Source of the DNA: a virus
DNA: 64,000 bases
IMG/VR virus record: IMGVR_UViG_3300032288_003086
Coordinates: 1-64,000 of that record
Direction: 5' to 3' (one strand)
Position 1 is the first letter of the stretch. Each line of letters begins with the position of its first letter. Positions 28,559-37,400 of this stretch are shown here, one piece after another. A model generated the notes under the pieces. It saw nothing but the letters and a program-made list of their open reading frames with translations. It did no database searches and had not been told where the DNA came from. The position numbers and the translations under genes are program-made.

Positions 28559-30337
28559 ATGAATGTATTAGTAACCTGGGCACCTGACGCTACTTCCCTG
28601 CTTCCAACAGATACTTTTAATGTATTCTACAAGGTAGCTGATGTAACCTATCTGAATATTTGGACATTGGCAACTCTGACGCCGCTTCCAAGTACAGCTA
28701 CCTCTTTTACAATAACAGGATTATCTCCTAACACTGTCTATAGGATTGGGGTTGAGAAATCCTGTATATCAGGACCAAGTCAATTTATTCAAGAGGTAGA
28801 AGTGACGGTGGTGAACTGTCCTATATACTCTTATTACCAAGGACCTGTAGTAAATGGATATGCCACTGTTTTCTACAGTCTATCTTACCCTGATTCTACA
28901 CATGTGACTATATCAGGATCACAGATTTATGATGTTACAAATGCTGACTACAGTTACATATCAGGCTGCTTGACTTTACCATCACCTTGCACCACTGCAT
29001 TTTTTCCAATAGGTAGAGGTGTTCGCTATGATTCACAGTGTCCTTCTTGTACAGGTCTGGGTTATCTCTGTGGACTAGATTACATGTTCTTTGACACACC
29101 TTGTAATATAACATCGGGGGTTGGCTACTATGGATTAGCTCCATCTCCATTCCAAGGAAATCAATCACTAAGTCAAAACTGTCCTTCAGGTTCTGGAATA
29201 TTGGGTGAGCCTATCCTTTTGGATTATGGAAGAGATTATAGGTTTGCACTTGGTCAACCATTTGTACAATCTCCTTCGCTTCCTCCATATACATTCCCAG
29301 TATCCAATCTCAATACAACATTGTTTGATACAGGAGAATGCGCATTTAATGCAGTAGGTCAGCCTTCATTTACACTGTCTCCAATTGCAAATGATCCTGC
29401 TAGACTTAGTGGGGAATTTGACTACAGTACCATAAGTGGAAAGGCTATACAGGACGTCATCGATGGTACTAACCAGACTGCAATCAATGGAAGCATCAAC
29501 CATTACATATTCTCATATACAGTAGAGGATTCTCTTAGCAATACGTTTCCTTTATTGAATTCCAATAACACTCCTGTTACAGGTCCCAATATCAGTTATT
29601 TCAGACATGCTCCAATCTACATACCTATAACAGCACCTGAGCTTTCCGCAGGCATGACCATTAACTGCAAAGTGTTAACTCCTGGACCTGGAAGCGTGGT
29701 GAATACAACAGTCAATGCTGCTGGACTATCTGTTGCCAACTTCTGTACCTTGATTGCAAACCTGCTCAATACTGCAGGATTTCCATCGGATACAGTTACT
29801 TATTTTGGAAACAGATACCTTAGATTTGGTCTTCCAGATGCTTCTTACCTAGGTGGAGAGATTGTAATAGATGGACCTAATGTAATTGGTGGTCCTGTGA
29901 CATATAATGACAATGTATATGGCATACTCAACACCTATCTGAACAATGTACTTTGGAGAAGTGAAGACTTGCTTTCTCCTACACTTGTAAGCGATACAGT
30001 AGGTCAGTACAAGTTCATCACCAGCGATACTTGGCAGATGATTCCTTATGGAGGAGTCATAAATGCAAATCCCAATGACATCATTGAATTTGTAATGTTT
30101 GATACGGATGTAACTTTATATGAAGTAGTTAACCTTAGCAGTGTTACCACATATGATCTGGCAAACTACACTAATAATCCTACACTTCCAACATTCAATA
30201 CCAACAACTCAATAACCGTATTCTCATTGCAGTGTGATACTGTCAACTTCTTTACGGGGAGTACTATTGCATTCAAGTTCACCAATCCTACGAATCCAAG
30301 TCTTCCATTTACAAATATTGTAACACTTAACTTCTAA
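28559..30337 (+). CDS. FN3-domain structural/fibre protein
   Basis: 'VLVTWAP...FNVFYK...SFTITGLSPNTVYRIGV' is a classic FN3 pattern. ATG 28559 preferred over TTG 28553. Confidence 0.65.
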   Translation: MNVLVTWAPDATSLLPTDTFNVFYKVADVTYLNIWTLATLTPLPSTATSFTITGLSPNTVYRIGVEKSCISGPSQFIQEVEVTVVNCPIYSYYQGPVVNGYATVFYSLSYPDSTHVTISGSQIYDVTNADYSYISGCLTLPSPCTTAFFPIGRGVRYDSQCPSCTGLGYLCGLDYMFFDTPCNITSGVGYYGLAPSPFQGNQSLSQNCPSGSGILGEPILLDYGRDYRFALGQPFVQSPSLPPYTFPVSNLNTTLFDTGECAFNAVGQPSFTLSPIANDPARLSGEFDYSTISGKAIQDVIDGTNQTAINGSINHYIFSYTVEDSLSNTFPLLNSNNTPVTGPNISYFRHAPIYIPITAPELSAGMTINCKVLTPGPGSVVNTTVNAAGLSVANFCTLIANLLNTAGFPSDTVTYFGNRYLRFGLPDASYLGGEIVIDGPNVIGGPVTYNDNVYGILNTYLNNVLWRSEDLLSPTLVSDTVGQYKFITSDTWQMIPYGGVINANPNDIIEFVMFDTDVTLYEVVNLSSVTTYDLANYTNNPTLPTFNTNNSITVFSLQCDTVNFFTGSTIAFKFTNPTNPSLPFTNIVTLNF

Positions 30338-31386
30338 TGCCTGTACTGTTTGACATAACCTATCAAAGTAGTCCTTATGCAATATTTGGGGGATTGTATT
30401 ACAGACACGTGCTTCCAGATGGAACCTATTCTACTTGGACATTTGCTTCTACCTATGGACCTTTTGTAATCAATACCAGCGGGGGTACTGTAACTACACA
30501 TACCCTTAATGATGTTGTTGGCAATCCTCCAGAGTTTTTCTCTGGAACAACTTACCAATTCTATATTGATCAACAGTGTAGCAACAATGTAGTAGAGCCT
30601 TCTCCTATATCAGATGATATTTGGATTCCAGCATGTCCTGAGTTTATTGCAAATCTTACTGTAGACTATGATGACAATGCTTCATCCTATGCCATACAGA
30701 TATCCCTTTATGATCCTGCTGGGCCTGGAGCTCCCATGAATCCACTTGCATACAGTATTGCAAACTACAACTTTACAGTCTATGAGCTTTTGAATACAGG
30801 GCCTGTGAATATAGGAACAATCACTGTCCCATACTCAAACATTGAAGCAATACTTCCTGCTACTCAATACACACTATTGATAACATCAGGAGACCTTGTA
30901 AATCCAATTGTTGCTGGTATAACTTATCAAATCAATATGAGTATTGATCTTACGACTTCTACTCAGATTGAAACTTACGAATGTCCTAATGCTGTCAACT
31001 TACTTGTTTCAGAGTGTGATACTTTTAAGATTACTACAGGAAAAACCTGGGCTGTTGAGTATTTGGATTGCAATGGTCAAGTGAGGAAGTTTGCAGGAAC
31101 AGCTCCTGTACCACCTTTCTACATTTGTGCCAAACAGATTCCAAAAGGGTACTGGTGTTTAAATGGTGTACAAAAGGCTCCAGTAAATACTACTGGGGGA
31201 GTCATTCATGCAATAGGAAGCTGCATATCCACAGCAATAACTGGAATCTTAGATCAAGGTGCTGTTATCACATGTGCTCCTGGCCCTGGTTGCGACAGTG
31301 CATACAATCAACCATATCCTACAAACATTCAGAATCAAATAACACTGAATACCTGGAACACAGTTATAACATCTGTTCAATGCTAA
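30337..31386 (+). CDS. FN3/Ig-like Cys-containing structural protein
   Basis: 349 aa with 'GTTYQFYIDQQC' and 'GITYQINM'. TAATG-coupled. Confidence 0.55.
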   Translation: MPVLFDITYQSSPYAIFGGLYYRHVLPDGTYSTWTFASTYGPFVINTSGGTVTTHTLNDVVGNPPEFFSGTTYQFYIDQQCSNNVVEPSPISDDIWIPACPEFIANLTVDYDDNASSYAIQISLYDPAGPGAPMNPLAYSIANYNFTVYELLNTGPVNIGTITVPYSNIEAILPATQYTLLITSGDLVNPIVAGITYQINMSIDLTTSTQIETYECPNAVNLLVSECDTFKITTGKTWAVEYLDCNGQVRKFAGTAPVPPFYICAKQIPKGYWCLNGVQKAPVNTTGGVIHAIGSCISTAITGILDQGAVITCAPGPGCDSAYNQPYPTNIQNQITLNTWNTVITSVQC

Positions 31387-31422
31387 ATCATTTGTCAGGT
31401 TGGTTGGTACCCCTGATTGTCG

Positions 31423-31463
31423 GTGAGGTCCCCCTGGGTGATAGCAGGGGGCTTCACTATTTG
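31423..31463 (+). terminator. GC-rich terminator-like hairpin
   Basis: GTGAGGTCCCCCTG-N8-CAGGGGGCTTCAC-TATTTG at the end of the fibre block. Confidence 0.65.
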
Positions 31464-31469
31464 TAAAAA

Positions 31470-31486
31470 AAATTGAGTATATTACT
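31470..31486 (+). promoter_or_regulatory. Putative late promoter AAATTGAG-TATATTACT
   Basis: Near copy of 1801-1817; core is 21 nt before ATG 31499. Confidence 0.55.
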
Positions 31487-31498
31487 ATAGAGATAGTT

Positions 31499-32080
31499 AT
31501 GAAAGACGCAATCAAGGTAAACCTAAAAGGTCCTCGCTACAGACCTCCAAGATTCAATACAATCTCCGCTGAAATACTCAGCGATATATCTGCTCATGAG
31601 GATTGTTTGATAAAGGATGTCAAGAAGATTAGGGACATCATTGTTGCGGCCAATAGGGAAATCTCAAAAACAGTGATAGACTTCAGGGATGGAATAGAAC
31701 TTCCTGATCAGCTAGGGTACATGTTCCTTGGAACCTGTCAACCCAAAGTACGTAAGAATGTAGATTACAAGGTCACCAAGGAATATCTCAAGGTGATCCA
31801 ACATCGTAACTGGGAAAGTGATAACTACCTAGCTAAGATTTTCTATACCAACTATGAAACAAAGTATGGTTTCAAGTTTCATGAAGTGTGGGCATTTGCT
31901 CCATGCAGGGACTTTACCAGGGAAGTAGGTAGAACCTATCCTGAAAACTGGAAGAAGTATATTCAGATTGACCATACTCTTAAGGTATCCAAGCTTTATC
32001 GCAAATACATGGGTGAGGTAAGAAGAAGCATGCTTGACAAGGAAAGACTTGAATCATATAATCCTTTGGAGCTAGACTGA
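31499..32080 (+). CDS. IHF/HU-like DNA-binding protein (crAss-like)
   Basis: Basic 193 aa with 'ISKTVIDFRDGIELPDQLGYMFL'. Conserved position upstream of ring and muzzle genes in crAss-like phages. Confidence 0.65.
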   Translation: MKDAIKVNLKGPRYRPPRFNTISAEILSDISAHEDCLIKDVKKIRDIIVAANREISKTVIDFRDGIELPDQLGYMFLGTCQPKVRKNVDYKVTKEYLKVIQHRNWESDNYLAKIFYTNYETKYGFKFHEVWAFAPCRDFTREVGRTYPENWKKYIQIDHTLKVSKLYRKYMGEVRRSMLDKERLESYNPLELD

Positions 32081-32081
32081 T

Positions 32082-32612
32082 ATGCTTGACTTCATCAAAA
32101 ATATAATACGTAAATGGTATGGTACCCAAAATGAGGCCATCCATGAATCTGCAAAAGGCTATGCTGTCAATAAGCAGACTGTTAATTTAGTGAAGATGTT
32201 TGAAGGCTTTGAGCCTGTTGCCTACAAAGATGTAGTTGGAGTATGGACCATAGGATATGGCAATACATTCTATCTTGATGGAAAGAGAGTAAAAGAGGGT
32301 GATAATATCAGCCATGCCCAAGGTGAGCAGCTTTTAAAGAATGTATTAGATCATTTTGCCAAACTAGTGACTGACGAGATACGAGTGCAACTTACTGATT
32401 GCCAGTTTGGTGCCCTTGTGTCCTTTACATATAATGTAGGCATTGGCGCTTTTCGGAGGAGCACTCTCCTTCGAAAAGTCAATGCTGATCCAGAGAACCC
32501 TGAGATAAAAGCTGAGTTTACTAAATGGGTTAGAGCTGGAGGAAAGACATTGACTGGCTTAGTGAGACGTAGAAAAGCGGAAGCTGATTTGTATTTTAGT
32601 GAAAACTGCTAA
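32082..32612 (+). CDS. Phage lysozyme/endolysin, GH24
   Basis: Catalytic E-x8-D-x5-T (FEGFEPVAYKDVVGVWTIGYG), plus 'ALVSFTYNVG', 'STLLRKVN', 'GLVRRRKAE'. Confidence 0.95.
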   Translation: MLDFIKNIIRKWYGTQNEAIHESAKGYAVNKQTVNLVKMFEGFEPVAYKDVVGVWTIGYGNTFYLDGKRVKEGDNISHAQGEQLLKNVLDHFAKLVTDEIRVQLTDCQFGALVSFTYNVGIGAFRRSTLLRKVNADPENPEIKAEFTKWVRAGGKTLTGLVRRRKAEADLYFSENC

Positions 32613-32614
32613 CC

Positions 32615-33289
32615 ATGGTAACAAAAGTATCAGAGGCCATAAGTAGGGTCAGAAACCAGATAAAGTCAGTGACAGTCGATGCATTTGTCACTGATCGTTA
32701 TATCTATTCGCTTATCCTCAAACATATATCCTGGCTGATCAAACGCGAAGATGACAAGGGTATCTTACGTAAGTACAATAACATCTTTCATACCTTGGAT
32801 TACTTTCCATTGATAGATGTGGATAAAGCTGATGTGGGATGTTTCTGTATTACATCAGGATGTACAATCAAGCGTAGTCAGCATAAGATTCCTCCTACAT
32901 ATGATGGAAGCTATGGGCCAATTATCAGGTCTTTAACCAGCATCGATGGTACCACTCCACTGACTATGACATACCCTTCGACTTATCAGGCAATGATACG
33001 TCAGAAGACCTTTAAGTATAATAAGACTCCTTACTACTACATAGTAAATGATTACATCTATGTACCTAGTGTAGACTGGCCTGCTATCCGAGTAGAAGGA
33101 TTGTTTAGATCAGGGATAGGAGATTATAATTGTGATACTGAGCATGACTGCATTTATGTGCAGGATGAACCATTCTCTGTTCCCATGTACCTCTATGGGG
33201 AGATGGAGCAGAATGTCATGAAAGACCTGGCAACCAGTATCAGCATACCAGGTGATGTCAAACAAGACTTTGTAAGCAACACCAAATGA
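32615..33289 (+). CDS. Tail ring protein
   Basis: 224 aa with 'KYNKTPYYYIVNDYIY'. Synteny IHF-ring-ring-muzzle. Confidence 0.6.
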   Translation: MVTKVSEAISRVRNQIKSVTVDAFVTDRYIYSLILKHISWLIKREDDKGILRKYNNIFHTLDYFPLIDVDKADVGCFCITSGCTIKRSQHKIPPTYDGSYGPIIRSLTSIDGTTPLTMTYPSTYQAMIRQKTFKYNKTPYYYIVNDYIYVPSVDWPAIRVEGLFRSGIGDYNCDTEHDCIYVQDEPFSVPMYLYGEMEQNVMKDLATSISIPGDVKQDFVSNTK

Positions 33290-34413
33290 AGACAGAACTC
33301 CAATACAGGACATTCGATGACCTGATGAACTCTGTACGGAGTGATCTGTACACTTATGACCAGGACAACTTCCTGAATCCTCAAGAACTCTTGAAGATTG
33401 CTATCAAGGTCAATTATGAACTTGGTCTGAAGATTAACCCTAGCAGAGGAAAAATCATAGATGTCCATAATGGAAAGGGGAAGTTACCTTCTGATTTCTA
33501 TGTGATGAACTTTGCTATGCTCTGTGGTCTTGGCAATGAGACATACACTAACTGCACGCAGTCACAGGTTGAGACATTGTATGACCAGATGGTCAAGCTT
33601 GCTGAGATTGTAAATGCAAGACCTCTTGTACAAGTTGCTGATTTGGGTGAGGGATGGAATATAGTAACCCACAATTTAGGTTCTACTAATTTGGTTCTCA
33701 AAGTTCAAAACTCTGAAAAGGAATATGTCAACTTCGAATATGTCATCCTTAACGAAAACCAAGTCAAAGTCAAAGTTTTTGAAACTTGGAATGCTGCGCG
33801 CATTACTATTATTGCCGCGGCAAATATTGTTGCTAATTGTAGCATCAGTCTTGATAATTGCCCTGATGGTTGCAGGATTATTGAAAATAGACCCGGACTC
33901 ATGAGGGAGTTTCCAAGGCCTGTTCCTATTGAAATTATCCCATACAACTACGGTGAACCAGAATGCAATCTCGCGCATGTAGGTTCATATGAATACAGAC
34001 TCAAGATCAAAGATGGATTTATTCATACGATCAACTTCAAAGAAGGTCGTGTATATATAAACTATGAATCAGTCATGGAAGACGATGAGGGCAACTTGCT
34101 TGTCCTGGATCATCCCATGGTAAATGAGTATTATGAATATGCACTCAAAGAGCGTATTCTAGAAAATCTGTTTATGAATGGTGAGCCTACTGCGGCACAA
34201 AGACTGCAGCTGATTCAGGCTAAGATTAGACCTTCAAGGAATAATGCTCTTAGTTACATCAATACTCCTGACTATGGCGAGATGAAACGTATGTGGGAAA
34301 AGAACCGCAAGGCGATGTATGCCAAGTACTATAATATGTTTAACAGCTATGCATGGTATGGAGGATTGAAGACTGCAAGAGGTCCTTATCCATCACATCC
34401 ATTCCATTATTAA
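33286..34413 (+). CDS. Tail ring/tubular protein with inserted 'HNLG' domain
   Basis: 'GKLPSDF' and 'IHTINFKEGRVYINY...DDEGNLLVLD' fit crAss-like tail tubular proteins. Directly before the muzzle. Confidence 0.65.
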   Translation: MKTELQYRTFDDLMNSVRSDLYTYDQDNFLNPQELLKIAIKVNYELGLKINPSRGKIIDVHNGKGKLPSDFYVMNFAMLCGLGNETYTNCTQSQVETLYDQMVKLAEIVNARPLVQVADLGEGWNIVTHNLGSTNLVLKVQNSEKEYVNFEYVILNENQVKVKVFETWNAARITIIAAANIVANCSISLDNCPDGCRIIENRPGLMREFPRPVPIEIIPYNYGEPECNLAHVGSYEYRLKIKDGFIHTINFKEGRVYINYESVMEDDEGNLLVLDHPMVNEYYEYALKERILENLFMNGEPTAAQRLQLIQAKIRPSRNNALSYINTPDYGEMKRMWEKNRKAMYAKYYNMFNSYAWYGGLKTARGPYPSHPFHY

Positions 34414-34419
34414 TAGATT

Positions 34420-37400
34420 ATGGCAAAGTCCACAAGCTCTTCATCTGGCACCACTGATCTCAATAGTGCAAAGAGTGCTACCTATGTAAAAGGTCTTATC
34501 AAGGATTATAACGACAGTTATGTTCCTGAAGGAGTGTGGATCAATGCTATCAATGCGGTTACTAACTCTCATAAGGGTGATGCTGGTACAATAGGTAATG
34601 AGCCTTCCAATAGATTTTGTGTAGAGGCTCCTTATACCATAATAGGTCTTGTGCGCAGGGACTCCAACACCTGGGTTGTTTTCTCTACCAATAATGTCAT
34701 ATCCGAGATAGGTTACTTTACAGAGTCTACTTGTGAATACATTAAGATCATAACAGATCAATGTTTAGGATTCAAAAAAGAATATCTGATCACAGGAGTT
34801 ATCCAGTACAATTTTGATTGCACATGGTCTGTGTTTTTTGCAGATGGATTGAATCCAGATAGGACAATCAATCTAGATAATCCTCCTTATCAGTATACAT
34901 GGGATAGGACCAATCCAAACTGTCCTATAAAAGTATTCAATGATTGTTTGGACTGTGAGCAGACCAGATTGAATTACCTGATGACACCTCCCTGCATCAA
35001 TGTAAAGAAAGCAGTGGGAGCGGGTTCGCTGTTCAATGGATCCTATCAAGCTGTTATTGCTTACAGCATAAATGGACAAAGAGTCAGTAATTACTTTAGT
35101 CCAAGTAATGTCTTAGGCATATGGGATCACACAGGTGTAGCTGGTGGTCTTGAGATAAGTATTGAAGACTTGGACACCAGGTTTGAGGAGTATGAGTTAG
35201 TGGTTGTAAGCAACATCAATAGCCAGAACTTTGCAAGGAAGATTGGTAATTACAGCACCAGTCAGTCTGTAGTATATCTTGATATATATTCTGAAAGTCT
35301 TCCATCCATACCATTGAGTATAATTCCACTAGTGGTTCCTGTATATGAAAAGTCTGACAAGATGTTTGCAGTAAACAACTATCTTCTCAGATCGGGCATA
35401 TACAGCAAGTATGAGTTCAATTACCAGCCATTAGCCAACAACATTGCAGCACATTGGCAGGAGGTGGAATATCCTTCTGACTACTATTACAATGGAGGAG
35501 CAAATACATCCTATATGAGGGATGAGCAGTATGCTTTTTTCATCAGATGGCTATACAATGATGGCGATAAATCAGCAAGTTACCATATACCAGGAAGGGT
35601 GGCAGATCCATCTGATCTAACTACAGTGAACAACTTGGATGTGTTATATCCTGATGACAACAAATACTGGCAGGTTTACAATACAGCCTCTGTCACTAAT
35701 CCTGTTGTAAACACTATTCTTCCAGATGGTGGTATAGTTACCAAAGAAGGCTTGATGGGTTATTGGGAATCCACTGAAAAATATCCTATTAATAGGCCTC
35801 AGGTATGGGGTGATCTTTGCGGGCTTCCTATTCGTCATCATAAGTTTCCAGACAACTGTGTTTCCCACATCCATAATCAAGGTGGAGACAAGATGTATAT
35901 ACTGGGTGTCAAGTTCTCAAACATCCAGCATCCTTTGGATAACAATGGAAACCCTATATTAAACATCATAGGGTATGAGATATTGCGAGGTAGCAGGGAA
36001 GGCAACAGAACTGTTATTGCCAAAGGTATGCTCAACAATATGCGTGAGTATACCAGTATTGGTGATCAAAAGGTATTATATCAGAACTATCCATATAATG
36101 ATCTTAATCCAGATTACTTCCTAAGGACATCCCTTGCCAATGACCAGGGTGAGTCTCCTGATGACAGCGGCAGTCCATTGTCAGTATACAAAACAGATTA
36201 CTACAGCTTCCATAGTCCTGAAACCAACTTTGCAAAACCCTTTCTTTCATTCAATGAGGTAAGGTTGTATTCCAAAGAATATGGAACAAGCAATGGAAGT
36301 TTTGAATATCCATTTGGGCATCCCAAGCATAAGCTAATAACCAACGCATCCTATATATTGGCTTTGACACTTGGTTTGTCAATAGGTCTTAAAGCTGCGT
36401 TTGGTCAAAGGAATGTAAAGGCTACTGCAGATTCTGCCACAGCTCTTCCTGCAGCATTGAGTACAATATCCAGTTATGGATTCTTTGGAGTCAATGGTTC
36501 TATGGCTGCAGCACTTTCATCTTATGTGGGAAGTGCTCCTATATCGATATCCTCAGGAAACTATGGTCAATTTGTAGGAGGTACTTCTACTGGTTCAGGG
36601 GGTGGTAACTGGGGAGGTGTAGAGTTTCCAACTTTGACAGAAACAGGAGGTGACCTTTCAAACCTTGACTTTAGGACATTCTTTCCTGGATATACGACCA
36701 AGGTTGGACAGTTTGCATTTGAGGCTTTGAAGTATTTAGCATTCCTGTCAACTATAAAATACTGGTCTGGACTTGGTCTTGATGCTGCATTGAATGTTAT
36801 ATATGAGCTTATACCTTTCAGACAGTATGCGCTTCAGTATAACTCACATGCCTTTTATGCAAACTACAAAACCATTTGTCCAAGCAATTCCGCAGGTGAT
36901 ATGCGTAGGGCACATCAAGACAGTGTTTACATAAGGGATCAGATACAAAGCTTTGATGCCACTTATAATGTAAACAACCTTTATAGGAACAACTATGTCT
37001 TGGTTAAGATAAAAGGTAATTTTCCTAATGTGTCTGCTACTGACTCTTCTATAAAGGACAATTCAAGGAAGCGCGTGAGAGACACAAGTCTCAGTTTCAC
37101 CAATCCTACAAATACCAATATTACCTCTACTACCTCTGCATACTATGGAGGATTGAAGGTGGATCTTGAAAACCAATATGGACAGCTTGAAGGAATCGTG
37201 CAGGTTCCTATAGGGATGTGTTATGAGGTTACTTCTGGAAAGCTTGAGAACAAAAGATATGAATCAACCACATTGTTTGGTGGTGATATCTATATCAACA
37301 GGTATACAGAAAAGAATCCTTTCTTCTTTTTTGTCAATTGGCTTTATGATGTACCTAATGGTACCGAGTTTGATTATAGTCAATACAGCAATATCCTTTA

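Noticed and set aside
31068-31466. Cys-rich 132-aa alternate-frame ORF
   Set aside because: Overlaps 30337..31386 and runs through the terminator. Cys content follows from the shifted frame.
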